Shown piece by piece: positions 15,215 through 24,307 of a stretch of 36,551 nt of DNA; position 1 is the first letter of the stretch; each line of letters starts with the position of its first letter. Below the pieces are notes generated by a model, which saw nothing but the letters and a program-made list of their open reading frames with translations, did no database searches and was not told the DNA's origin. Both the position numbers and the translations under genes were made by a program. Location of the stretch: the IMG/VR virus record IMGVR_UViG_3300023313_000018, positions 1-36,551 of that record. One strand, given 5' to 3'. The stretch comes from a virus.

Positions 15215-15329
15215 ATATGAGAGCGAATATTTTAAACATTTTGATCCTTATGACGATGACACATTGGTACTTGATTTGTGTGAGGATGATGATATAGAAG
15301 ATGAAGAAAATGAAGGCGATAGTCAATAA
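15201..15329 (+). CDS. Hypothetical small, very acidic protein (42 aa)
   Basis: Not in the track. Hand translation gives MNLDRYESEYFKHFDPYDDDTLVLDLCEDDDIEDEENEGDSQ. AAGGTGG lies 10 nt upstream, and the ORF fills the gap before 15357. Confidence 0.5.
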   Translation: MNLDRYESEYFKHFDPYDDDTLVLDLCEDDDIEDEENEGDSQ

Positions 15330-15356
15330 AGACGCAAGCCAAATATAGGAGTAGAA

Positions 15357-15716
15357 ATGAAATTAGTATCAGCACCATCATTTGTTAAGTTATCAGAGCT
15401 AAGTAAAGGAGATGTTATTTTTGAAAGGGCCGTATATACTGGCACAAAAGAAAATACAGCATCTAAGTACAAAGGTTCTCTTAACCATTCTTTTGATGAA
15501 GAGGGCACACCTAAAGTTGTAGGTGGAAACGTTAAACTAAATGACCTAATAGACACACACCTGGTTGAGGGTGATTTATGTAAGCTTGTTTATAAGGGGA
15601 AGACAGAAGGTAAAAATGGCAATGCTTACCATGACTTTGATCTGTATGTTGAGGAAACAAAACCACTTAAGAAAGTTTCTGAAAATAAATCAGTTAATTT
15701 AGATGACTTAGAATAA
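15357..15716 (+). CDS. Hypothetical protein (119 aa), possible ssDNA-binding protein
   Basis: A good SD (TAGGAG) precedes it. The possible function rests only on its position in the replication module and its acidic C-terminus (NLDDLE). Confidence 0.6.
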   Translation: MKLVSAPSFVKLSELSKGDVIFERAVYTGTKENTASKYKGSLNHSFDEEGTPKVVGGNVKLNDLIDTHLVEGDLCKLVYKGKTEGKNGNAYHDFDLYVEETKPLKKVSENKSVNLDDLE

Positions 15717-16600
15717 TGGGTACAAGTAAAGGGGAGTCTGTGGATACACGACTCTCCTATTCATCATCTACATTATTACAAAATTGCTCTCAAAAATATG
15801 TCTATTATAAAGTTGATAAGGTTGAGGTGGATAAGGACTGTAGTGTAAGAGATGATAGTCACTTTCACTATGGCACAAGTTTCCATTATATCTTAGAAAA
15901 CTCGATGCATGAGAAACCAAGTAACATATCTAAAATGCTTGAATATTGTGTACAAAATATAGGATTAAAAGAAGAACATATCCCACATGTTCACGCATCG
16001 GTTATACAGTATTTGAGACTTAGAAAAGGGAGCGGCTTCACTGCGGTTGCTTGCGAGTATGCAATTGAGCATAAGTCTATTGTCGGATATATTGATTTAA
16101 TTGAGAAGAGAGAAGACGGCACTTGGTATATCAGCGATCTAAAAACGGCTGCATCATTTTATGAGAGTAAAATATCTGAGTTACCATCTAACCCACAATT
16201 AAATCTTTACTCCTCTTTTTATAAAGATATCGCTGAGAAATTTAATCTTAACCCTGATAAATTTATGGGTTCAAGATATTTAGTAGCCACAAAGTCAAAA
16301 GCAAAACAGCAAGCAAGAGAGAGCTATGAAGAGTTTGTTATGCGACTTGTGAATAAGAATCTAGTTAAGTGTATTTTCGTTACAATCCCTAAAGAACTTA
16401 TGAGAATTGATGAAACTAGAAAAGACATTGAGTCACTACATAAGAAGTCTATGAAGCTAAGAAAAGGGACGCTTAAGCCGAATAGAAATTTTAGCTATTG
16501 TAATGCTTTTTTTAGAAGTTGCGACTACTTTTCTAAATGCCATGGAATGGAGCATAGTGAGTTTTTAAAAATAAATAAGATCGTTGTAGAGAGAACATGA
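15716..16600 (+). CDS. Cas4/RecB-like PD-(D/E)XK exonuclease with Cys cluster
   Basis: GYIDLIEK...WYISDLKT gives the D...(D/E)xK core. One N-terminal Cys (QNCSQ) plus the C-terminal CNAFFRSCDYFSKC resemble the Fe-S cluster arrangement of Cas4 and AddB. Confidence 0.75.
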   Translation: MGTSKGESVDTRLSYSSSTLLQNCSQKYVYYKVDKVEVDKDCSVRDDSHFHYGTSFHYILENSMHEKPSNISKMLEYCVQNIGLKEEHIPHVHASVIQYLRLRKGSGFTAVACEYAIEHKSIVGYIDLIEKREDGTWYISDLKTAASFYESKISELPSNPQLNLYSSFYKDIAEKFNLNPDKFMGSRYLVATKSKAKQQARESYEEFVMRLVNKNLVKCIFVTIPKELMRIDETRKDIESLHKKSMKLRKGTLKPNRNFSYCNAFFRSCDYFSKCHGMEHSEFLKINKIVVERT

Positions 16601-17802
16601 GTAAATTTACGGGTGAGTTGATGAAATTTCAAGAAGAGTGTTTTGATTTTGCTCTCTCTCACCCGTATCATATTTGTAATATGGAAGCAGGTTTAGGGAA
16701 AACTATAACCTCGTTGGCCGTAGCTTGTCACTCAGGACTAAAAACTTTAATAATTGTCCCAGCGTTTTTAAAAAGCAATTGGGTTGTTGAGATAGAAAAA
16801 TTCACTAGTGATCTTGATTATACTCTGACAAGCTATGCAGGGTTGTCTAAGATAGATATAAGTAATTATGGAGTTGTAATCTGTGATGAGTGTCACTATC
16901 TAAAAAATCACAAAGCTAAAAGAACTCAAGTCGTACATAAATTATTAAAAGAGAATAACACACAATATTTTATAGGACTTAGTGGCACTCCAATAAGTAA
17001 TCGAGTAAGTGAGGCGTGGAGTCTCTTACAACTATGCTATTATGGACGTTCTTATGAGTTATTTAAACCGTTTAATAAGTTATTTTATAAATTCTGTAAT
17101 ACATTTAGTTATGAAAGAACTTTTGATCTAGGACATGTCACTGTTGTTAGATTTGATGGTATTAAAAATGTAGAGGCATTAAAACAACTTATAGCACCTG
17201 TCTGGATAAGGAAACGTGCAAAGGATGTCCTAGACTTACCCGATGAAATAGAAACAAACATGGTAGGTAATTCTAAAAAGTATGATAAGCAATTAGAGGA
17301 AGCGTTAACTCTGTTTAATGCTGATCCAAATGATCCTGCGTACATGAGCATAAAATCAGCGAATGCAATGGCCAAAACTGACACAACTATTAAACTAGCA
17401 AATGATCTCATAGAGCAAGGATATCGCCCTGTAATTTTTACATGCCATGTAGCCTCAGCAATCGAAATAGCATCAAAATTAAAGGCGTTGTTGATAACTG
17501 GAAGTGTTTCTGTGGATAAAAGACAAGAAATTGTAGATAACTTTAACAACAATAAGTCTAAGTGCTTGGTTGCCACTATTGGAAGTGCATCCACTGGGTT
17601 TAATATTACATCAACCAATTATATGATTTTTAATGACATAGACTTTGTCCCTGCAAATATTGAACAAGCTAAGAAGAGAATACTTAGGATAGGTCAAAAG
17701 AAAACTTGTTTCTATTATTACATTTTTACAAGTAAGTTTGATGAAAAACTAAACTCTATGGTAAAAAGAAAGTCACTCGATATAGGGAGAGTCTATGAAT
17801 AA
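16597..17802 (+). CDS. SNF2-family helicase/ATPase
   Basis: Walker A is EAGLGKT, the DExH box is VICDECHYLKN, and motif III is GLSGTP. The C-terminal helicase lobe has ILRIGQKK. Confidence 0.85.
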   Translation: MSKFTGELMKFQEECFDFALSHPYHICNMEAGLGKTITSLAVACHSGLKTLIIVPAFLKSNWVVEIEKFTSDLDYTLTSYAGLSKIDISNYGVVICDECHYLKNHKAKRTQVVHKLLKENNTQYFIGLSGTPISNRVSEAWSLLQLCYYGRSYELFKPFNKLFYKFCNTFSYERTFDLGHVTVVRFDGIKNVEALKQLIAPVWIRKRAKDVLDLPDEIETNMVGNSKKYDKQLEEALTLFNADPNDPAYMSIKSANAMAKTDTTIKLANDLIEQGYRPVIFTCHVASAIEIASKLKALLITGSVSVDKRQEIVDNFNNNKSKCLVATIGSASTGFNITSTNYMIFNDIDFVPANIEQAKKRILRIGQKKTCFYYYIFTSKFDEKLNSMVKRKSLDIGRVYE

Positions 17803-18010
17803 GTATATCCTTCACAATCATGCCACTGGAGAATTTTTTGAAGAGCACACAACCGAGAGATTAGAATCTATAATTATATCTCAATTAAGAGATGGATACG
17901 ATGTAGGCGATTTAAGTGTATATCGGGCTAAAAAAATGATAATTTTACCTGCAGAAGAGATAGTAACTAAGGTAGATATCTGTGAATTTATCGATAAAAA
18001 TACCGATTAA
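17795..18010 (+). CDS. Hypothetical protein (71 aa)
   Basis: Track ORF. Its start overlaps the end of the SNF2 gene. Confidence 0.55.
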   Translation: MNKYILHNHATGEFFEEHTTERLESIIISQLRDGYDVGDLSVYRAKKMIILPAEEIVTKVDICEFIDKNTD

Positions 18011-18398
18011 ACCCATAAGCTACAACGCGTATTATAGAAATAGTAGAACAGGGAAAAGAATAAAGACGGGAAAGGGCCTTGCCTTTGATGAAGAGATAGA
18101 ACTGCTATTGCTAGGTTACTCGAATGAGCTGGTTAAGTTTGGAAAATATATAGAACCGTCTAAAAATATTGTAAAATTTACACTAAAGGTTGGCAACCCT
18201 AAATTTTTTATCAAAGATGGAAGTAGAATATCCCAAACTTGTGGAGATGTAGATAACTACATCAAGGTATTACAGGATAAACTATTCAAGATTATTGGGT
18301 TTGATGACTATTGTGTAAGACATCTAGAGGTTAGTGACTTTCCAAGTATCGAAGAAAGTACACTTATAACTCTAGATATACGCCCTATCCCTCAATAA
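17982..18398 (+). CDS. rusA: RusA-like Holliday junction resolvase
   Basis: 138 aa with KPISYNAYY near the N-terminus and CGDVDNYIKVLQDKLF, the acidic DxDN-type core typical of RusA. Confidence 0.7.
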   Translation: MNLSIKIPIKPISYNAYYRNSRTGKRIKTGKGLAFDEEIELLLLGYSNELVKFGKYIEPSKNIVKFTLKVGNPKFFIKDGSRISQTCGDVDNYIKVLQDKLFKIIGFDDYCVRHLEVSDFPSIEESTLITLDIRPIPQ

Positions 18399-19188
18399 GT
18401 TTGCCACAAGGAAGGATTAGCTTTTTATCCCACACTTGAAAAATATTTAAATTGAAAGTTGAGTCACTTCTCATTAGGATTTGCCCATACCCATTACTCC
18501 AATTTGTCTCTCTACCTTTAATGTATTCAGGATTTAAGTTACACATTGCTGGCAATGATACACTATTTCTTGTATCCCCTCTTACCTGAAATGATTTACA
18601 ATCGTAACTATGTACATGACTAAAAATAACATTTTTAGAACCTGAAGCTTCATAATGTTTCTTATGGCAAGTTGTACCGTGATACATGCCGTGTGTGATT
18701 GATAGTTTATCCCCCCAATCAAGCCACTCGTTATAATAGAGATAATCTATACCTCTTTTCGTTAGTTCTAGTTTTGATAGGTAGTCAAAGTTATGAGCGT
18801 AGGCCGATGGAGCAAATGAGTCTTTGAAGTTTCTATACCTCCAATCATGGTTTCCTTCAATAAATATAATTTCGTTAAATACCTTTTGAAGCCTATCAAG
18901 ACACTCATTTCCCCATTCAAATTCGACATCTGACATTGGGATGAAGTAATCCTCGATTCCATCTGATCGCCCAATCCATTTCTTAAACTCTTTACACCGT
19001 GGCATCAAGTGATTAGCGCCTAAAAAATCCCCGTTAATTAGAAGATTTCTCATATTTTTTGGCAGTGATAGTGCATGATCTAGTAAAATATTAAATGTTG
19101 CCGTGCTAAGGTGCACACTGTGGAAGTCACCTGCCACGAATAATGAAGAGAAACCCTTGCTAGGTGCTTCCATTTTTGCTATTTTCAT
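18385..19188 (-). CDS. Calcineurin-like metallophosphoesterase
   Basis: Motifs appear in order: VAGDFHSVH, INGDFLG, EGNHDW, ITHGMYHG, FSHVH. It is the last gene of the leftward unit and overlaps the rusA-like 3' end by 14 nt, convergently. Confidence 0.8.
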   Translation of the reverse strand: MKIAKMEAPSKGFSSLFVAGDFHSVHLSTATFNILLDHALSLPKNMRNLLINGDFLGANHLMPRCKEFKKWIGRSDGIEDYFIPMSDVEFEWGNECLDRLQKVFNEIIFIEGNHDWRYRNFKDSFAPSAYAHNFDYLSKLELTKRGIDYLYYNEWLDWGDKLSITHGMYHGTTCHKKHYEASGSKNVIFSHVHSYDCKSFQVRGDTRNSVSLPAMCNLNPEYIKGRETNWSNGYGQILMRSDSTFNLNIFQVWDKKLILPCGKLIEG

Positions 19189-19238
19189 GTCTCATCCTTT
19201 AAGACATTGTAGGGAAGTTATTTTGATAGGTCTCTACC

Positions 19239-19625
19239 CTACATGTCTTTATATTTCGAGTGAATTGCTAAGTGTATATGTTCAGCACTTCCAACATGCC
19301 AGTAGGCTAGTCGGGACTTACCACTTTGTGATAGGTATCTATACTTTGAATAAGATTTTTTGTTATTTACATAGCTAACGATATCTTTTATCACTTCTTT
19401 TTCTAGTCCACGTGTTCTAATATCAATGGCCCTTTTTTCAAGGTGTGCACTGCTTTTTCTATGTAGTAGTCTATCCTCTCTTAGTGTTGATACTGTCTGA
19501 GTTACTATCAACTTCACACCATGTGTCTCATACGTATAATTATAGAGATCAGCAAAGATCATGATGAGTGCAGGGTGAAGGTATGTAAAAAGTGCCACGT
19601 CCTTAGATTCCTTGAACTTTATCAT
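19239..19625 (-). CDS. Peptidase M15 (VanY / L-Ala-D-Glu peptidase-like), probable endolysin
   Basis: 128 aa with SSAHLEKRAID (H-x6-D) and AEHIHL, matching the zinc ligand pattern of M15 cell-wall peptidases. Confidence 0.65.
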   Translation of the reverse strand: MIKFKESKDVALFTYLHPALIMIFADLYNYTYETHGVKLIVTQTVSTLREDRLLHRKSSAHLEKRAIDIRTRGLEKEVIKDIVSYVNNKKSYSKYRYLSQSGKSRLAYWHVGSAEHIHLAIHSKYKDM

Positions 19626-19912
19626 GGTGTTGCATACTCGAAAATCTTAGCTGTGAATCCCGTTGAATTAGTTGTGATAACAATTTGCTCCCCAGATGTC
19701 ATAGTTAACGTAACTGTATCTCTACCCTCTAGTGGTGTTAGATTATTTACGTTTAGGAAAGCTGAACCTACATTTAAACTCTCACCTGCAAATAAGACTT
19801 GTACCCTTGCATATCGACCTACTGGACAAGTATATACGACCACACCATTATTGAAAGTACCTGAAACCGATACAACATTAATTAATTGCTCACCACCGTA
19901 GAAAGTTGACAA
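19622..19912 (-). CDS. Hypothetical beta-rich structural protein (96 aa)
   Basis: Track ORF, coupled to its neighbours at the distal end of the tail module. Confidence 0.6.
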   Translation of the reverse strand: MSTFYGGEQLINVVSVSGTFNNGVVVYTCPVGRYARVQVLFAGESLNVGSAFLNVNNLTPLEGRDTVTLTMTSGEQIVITTNSTGFTAKIFEYATP

Positions 19913-19921
19913 GTTATTCTC

Positions 19922-20470
19922 CTAGTTTATTGGACGATAAAATAACGTTAAACCGCAATTTCTAGCAGCTAACATTGTATTTGTTAATTCTAAATAGAGG
20001 CTATCCCCCTCCAAAAAAGTTGTTTTACTTAAAATTCCATTCGTAACACCTGCTGGAGTTACTACTGTATTTGTTATCAAACTTTTAAAAGCTACTGTCT
20101 CATCGAGAGATGCACTTGAGATTGATGGTTTTGTAGAAAAGATACTACCTTGGGTTACACCAGACGAATTTTTCCACTTAATATCAAATGTCGTTGTACC
20201 TGAGATACCTGACTTTCCATTGTAGAAATTAAGCCCTACAATTTCACTGTTATAGAAGAAGCTGGCAACACCGTCATAGAACGTGATACCCGTAGCAAAT
20301 CCATAGCTACCATTTAGTTTCCATTCTTTTATGTCAGTTTGAAATTCGTTTATAAAATTATTCTGGCTTGCGTGTTTGTTTAGCATCGCCTCTGATACTG
20401 CTCTCTTATATGCAACATCACCTTCCAAAAATACTTGTCTTACTGGCGTTACTACATCCGTTTTGGCCAT
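19922..20470 (-). CDS. Hypothetical tail-associated protein (182 aa)
   Basis: Track ORF directly downstream of the 810-aa tail protein. Confidence 0.6.
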   Translation of the reverse strand: MAKTDVVTPVRQVFLEGDVAYKRAVSEAMLNKHASQNNFINEFQTDIKEWKLNGSYGFATGITFYDGVASFFYNSEIVGLNFYNGKSGISGTTTFDIKWKNSSGVTQGSIFSTKPSISSASLDETVAFKSLITNTVVTPAGVTNGILSKTTFLEGDSLYLELTNTMLAARNCGLTLFYRPIN

Positions 20471-20479
20471 TACTTTTCC

Positions 20480-22912
20480 TTATATTATTGAGTAATATTT
20501 TCCACCATCTAGAAAGTCACTTCTATTCACAATATATCCAACTTGAGGTGTAAAAGGAAGTCCAACATCAATTGTAACTGTGCTTCCTATTATATCAATT
20601 ATCTCATGTTCTATTAAATTATCAAAAGTATCATCTGTAAAGTCTTGAGAGTTAACAATTATTTTCGATCCAACAAGTAACTTTAAAGGAGAATTTACGT
20701 CAAAAATTGATGGACTAGTGACGGCTGTAATTAGTACATTGGCCACATAGTGAGCAAATCTTAGTTTATATTGAGGATTTACAAGCTTTGATGTGTTGTC
20801 ATACTCTGGAATTTCAATAATATGGTTAGTTGTTGGTGTAAAACTAAGAGGAGAGTCGAGTAATAAAAAACCAAGATTTGAAGGATCAACACTCTTAAGT
20901 ATCACTGTCTCGTCTTGGGTGTAATCTTTAGAAAAAACTCTAACTTGAGTACCTTTAAACTCTTCCCATTTATCAGATTCGTTAATATATTCCTCAACAT
21001 TTACAAGATTTACAAGTTCGATACGTGTAGTAGTACTATTAGCCCCACAACCAGACGCAAGGCTTACAACTGCGTTTCTACTATCAACACTAAAAGCAGT
21101 GGATAAAAGATCAACTTTTATCTCACCTGTGGATATGTTTAGAGACTTGTTTATAACTTCAAATAATTCAGCCTCAACACCTCTCTCGCCTGTTTGCAAG
21201 TTAACTATCTTAGTATTTAAACCCCCAAAAGGTAGAACGTCCCCAACTTCCAACGAAAAACCGTCTGAGTATTTAATACCTATATTTTCAAAATAGGTTG
21301 GTGCAAATTTATATCTATCTATCAACCTTGCTGATATTTGTTTTAATGATAGTGTTGTTGCAGCCCCTCTTCTTAACCCTTTAGAATTAATCTTTAATTG
21401 CTTCCTACCCCCTCTTATTCTATTTAATGAGGTGGCTGAAATTAAGTTGTCTTTAACCAAAAACTTTTCATCAATTACATCATGCTCATAATTGTAGCTT
21501 ATTATATTATATAAGTACTTATGTAGAGAGCGTCTCTGTCTAATATTTCCAATATTAATTATATTTGTAAGATCAACGGTTGGCACAATGTCTGAACTAA
21601 AAGGTGGTGTTACTATTTTTACAGATGTTCTGGCTTTTCTGGGTATTTGATATAACCCTTGTGGGAAATAAACCTCAGTATCAATAAATTTCTTAGTGTC
21701 TTCCAGGGTATCTGATAAGTTTATAGTATAATTAACAAAGTTTGAGGGGAATTGATCCTCAATATTTGTATGGCTTTCTATATCTACCTGATTTTGAAGC
21801 ATACCTAGCCCGTCGGGAAGGACATTATACTTACTTCTATATTCAAAAGTACCTGCAAATTCTATCTCAGTAATTAACGGGGTTTCTACTTTGATGTATG
21901 ATCCATTAGGCAGTGTGCCAATTTGTTTAACAATATAATCACCAGCATTAACCCCAGTAAGTCTGATTGTGTCACCTCGCACCATTCCTGTTAAATCGCC
22001 TATATCAAAATAATCGAAAATTATAGAGTTGCTTAGTGTCTTTGTTATATCTACAAAGTTAATAGACACTGGCAAATTATCGCTATTGAAAAATGTGTTT
22101 CCTTGATCTGATAACATCAACTTTAATGCTAATGGTATTGGTTTTTCAGTAAATTGATAGATTGATGTTATCTCAGTGTCAGTATGTGCTGCGGGTATTG
22201 TATTCTCTTGTGCTCGGATAACTGTTAGTTGTGTTCCTGAGTCAATAGAGACAAGCTCCATTATCTCATCTTCTATTCTTACTAATGTTCTAACAATATC
22301 AGCACTAGGAAGTAATGTTGTGGTATCAGATACGGGAATTATTGTTGTACTAGTATCAATAGGTGCTGTGATCTTTGATTGAAATTGTTGATAGATGTCC
22401 TGTCTTTTAAGTGCCTCAGGATGAGCAACTGACACCATTACTATTCCATCGGTTGTATAGAAATCAACAATCACACCACGAAATATAGGTAGTGCGTCCT
22501 CTGGGAATGCTCCTTGTTTGAACCCGATATAAAAATCTGCTTTTTTCCCTAGAACCTCTTTTATGTTATCAAATGAGAAAATCTTTGCAATCTCACCATT
22601 TAAGTCTACGAGTTGAATATTTATTGTGCTCACACTGGAGCTACCCCCCTTATCTGGGAGTATTTGTTGAGTTAAGCTATTAGTAGTGCCTTGTGATAGG
22701 TCAATTACTGCTTTTGAATCTTTTATCTCTGTAAGCCCGTCCCAAAATGTATTTGGAGTATCCCACCTTAAACCCTTATCCCATCTTGCAAATTCAACTA
22801 CTGGTTGTGCCCCGAATATTGTAGAGATTCCCTCAACCTGTAATATGGCCTGAGGATTTATTGATATTTGTTTTGACAGTGATACATTTCTAGGTGTTAG
22901 TGGAAGTGACAT
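20480..22912 (-). CDS. Large tail/baseplate structural protein (810 aa)
   Basis: Called by size and its position in the distal tail module. No catalytic motif was recognised. Confidence 0.65.
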   Translation of the reverse strand: MSLPLTPRNVSLSKQISINPQAILQVEGISTIFGAQPVVEFARWDKGLRWDTPNTFWDGLTEIKDSKAVIDLSQGTTNSLTQQILPDKGGSSSVSTINIQLVDLNGEIAKIFSFDNIKEVLGKKADFYIGFKQGAFPEDALPIFRGVIVDFYTTDGIVMVSVAHPEALKRQDIYQQFQSKITAPIDTSTTIIPVSDTTTLLPSADIVRTLVRIEDEIMELVSIDSGTQLTVIRAQENTIPAAHTDTEITSIYQFTEKPIPLALKLMLSDQGNTFFNSDNLPVSINFVDITKTLSNSIIFDYFDIGDLTGMVRGDTIRLTGVNAGDYIVKQIGTLPNGSYIKVETPLITEIEFAGTFEYRSKYNVLPDGLGMLQNQVDIESHTNIEDQFPSNFVNYTINLSDTLEDTKKFIDTEVYFPQGLYQIPRKARTSVKIVTPPFSSDIVPTVDLTNIINIGNIRQRRSLHKYLYNIISYNYEHDVIDEKFLVKDNLISATSLNRIRGGRKQLKINSKGLRRGAATTLSLKQISARLIDRYKFAPTYFENIGIKYSDGFSLEVGDVLPFGGLNTKIVNLQTGERGVEAELFEVINKSLNISTGEIKVDLLSTAFSVDSRNAVVSLASGCGANSTTTRIELVNLVNVEEYINESDKWEEFKGTQVRVFSKDYTQDETVILKSVDPSNLGFLLLDSPLSFTPTTNHIIEIPEYDNTSKLVNPQYKLRFAHYVANVLITAVTSPSIFDVNSPLKLLVGSKIIVNSQDFTDDTFDNLIEHEIIDIIGSTVTIDVGLPFTPQVGYIVNRSDFLDGGKYYSII

Positions 22913-23176
22913 CTATCGACACCTGTTTGGGAATTTAGTACAGATATATAGTCTATTTTCTATGTCATCCCAATAAGTAAATAATACATTATACTCCTCG
23001 GGGGTTACACATAGCATGTTAGTTGTATCCTGGATCAATTCGCCTGATCTGTAGGCCGTACCATCTCCATTGGATATCATAGAAACTATTTTAGGTCGAT
23101 TAAATGGATCACTAACTGTTTGGCAGCTTACCAATAGTATGTTGATGAAGCAGAATAGATAACTCTTTACGTTCAT
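22913..23176 (-). CDS. Predicted lipoprotein (o-spanin-like or superinfection-exclusion-like)
   Basis: MNVKSYLFCFINILLVSC carries the lipobox LVSC. An alternative ATG lies at 23191. The 5' end overlaps gene 23112..23360 out of frame. Confidence 0.55.
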   Translation of the reverse strand: MNVKSYLFCFINILLVSCQTVSDPFNRPKIVSMISNGDGTAYRSGELIQDTTNMLCVTPEEYNVLFTYWDDIENRLYICTKFPNRCR

Positions 23177-23360
23177 TATTATCCTTAGCATTTTTTATTG
23201 CATTAGTTAATGCAAGTCTTCTTTTCTTCTTTTCTTCTTTTATATTTTCTAACTTATGTACCATGTACATTTCTTCAATTGACGAGATAAACATACCCAC
23301 AAGCTTTTGAGCAAGTGGGTATCCGATGTACTTAACTAGATATTTCACTAGTATTTGCAT
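23112..23360 (-). CDS. Hypothetical coiled-coil protein (82 aa)
   Basis: Track ORF with a Lys/Glu-rich central helix. It overlaps the lipoprotein gene. Confidence 0.55.
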   Translation of the reverse strand: MQILVKYLVKYIGYPLAQKLVGMFISSIEEMYMVHKLENIKEEKKKRRLALTNAIKNAKDNNERKELSILLHQHTIGKLPNS

Positions 23361-23575
23361 TAGAGATTAACTTCAATCTTATCGGCCATATCTCTTGCAA
23401 CGCCTTGAACAGCAGCAAACGCAACGTCATCAATTGGAGTTGTAGTTTCTTTTACAAGCTCCTCTAGAATATCAATTGCAAGATGTGCAATACCTTTCGC
23501 ACCTTGAGTAATTGAATTCTCAGCAAGAATAAGTCCTCTTTTTTTAGCCATTTCAATTAATTTTTCAGTATTCAT
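23360..23575 (-). CDS. Hypothetical soluble protein (71 aa)
   Basis: Track ORF whose stop overlaps the next gene's start codon. Confidence 0.6.
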   Translation of the reverse strand: MNTEKLIEMAKKRGLILAENSITQGAKGIAHLAIDILEELVKETTTPIDDVAFAAVQGVARDMADKIEVNL

Positions 23576-23765
23576 CTTTCCCCCTAGTATAGTGTCGTCT
23601 TATATATTTAACATCATCTTTTATTTCCATAACGACCTCTTTAATAGTCTTATTTTCACTTTTTAAGATCGCAACGTCAATAATTGCCTTAGCACTAGTA
23701 CCTAGTGCCATTAATAACAATCCAATTAATAGAGGATATAAAAATTCTCTTTTCATTAAATACAC
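23565..23765 (-). CDS. Small single-pass membrane protein (holin-like or i-spanin-like)
   Basis: 66 aa with a hydrophobic segment FLYPLLIGLLLMALGTSAKAII followed by a highly charged tail. Confidence 0.5.
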   Translation of the reverse strand: MYLMKREFLYPLLIGLLLMALGTSAKAIIDVAILKSENKTIKEVVMEIKDDVKYIRRHYTRGKDEY

Positions 23766-24307
23766 GTCTTATAACCATCAATAAGTGAAAGAACATCCGC
23801 AATATTTTGAGCTGTTATATTAGCGTCAGGTACGATTGCCGAAATATCAACCCTAGCACTACAAATATCACCGTCAAGTAAAGCGTCTCTAATAGTAACA
23901 AAGCTTGCTCTCATAGCATCCCTTACAGCTTTTGACTTCCCTGCATTCATTAACCTAATATTTGCGTAGAGTGATTTTCCAAAATCCATATCTTTTTTTA
24001 TTTTAATCAGTGCAGATTGAGCGGCTTTTTTAGCTGTAGTATCTGTCTTTGTAATTGTGAATTGATCTGGGCAATTATATTCAGTAAATCCAAAACTATT
24101 TACTCTAGTAGCCGTTTGTCCTACGCAATTGTCTGACCTCCACCCAGCAAGTTTACCCCAACGATGCTTAGTTTTTGAGATATAGTTATCAGCTTCTATG
24201 AGTGTGTCAAATTCTTGCCACAAATCAACTCCATCGCTATTTGTTATAGAAACCAATGTTGACGCATTTACGCTAAATGAAATAAAAAATATAAATAACT
24301 TTACCAT
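23756..24307 (-). CDS. Predicted secreted protein (183 aa)
   Basis: The N-terminus is signal-peptide-like (MVKLFIFFISFSVNAS). The mature part contains several Cys residues. Confidence 0.55.
   Translation of the reverse strand: MVKLFIFFISFSVNASTLVSITNSDGVDLWQEFDTLIEADNYISKTKHRWGKLAGWRSDNCVGQTATRVNSFGFTEYNCPDQFTITKTDTTAKKAAQSALIKIKKDMDFGKSLYANIRLMNAGKSKAVRDAMRASFVTIRDALLDGDICSARVDISAIVPDANITAQNIADVLSLIDGYKTCI

Noticed and set aside
17109-17618. 169-aa minus-strand ORF
   Set aside because: It lies entirely antisense inside the SNF2 helicase gene, which has clear motifs. It has no SD and a hydrophobic, low-complexity translation.
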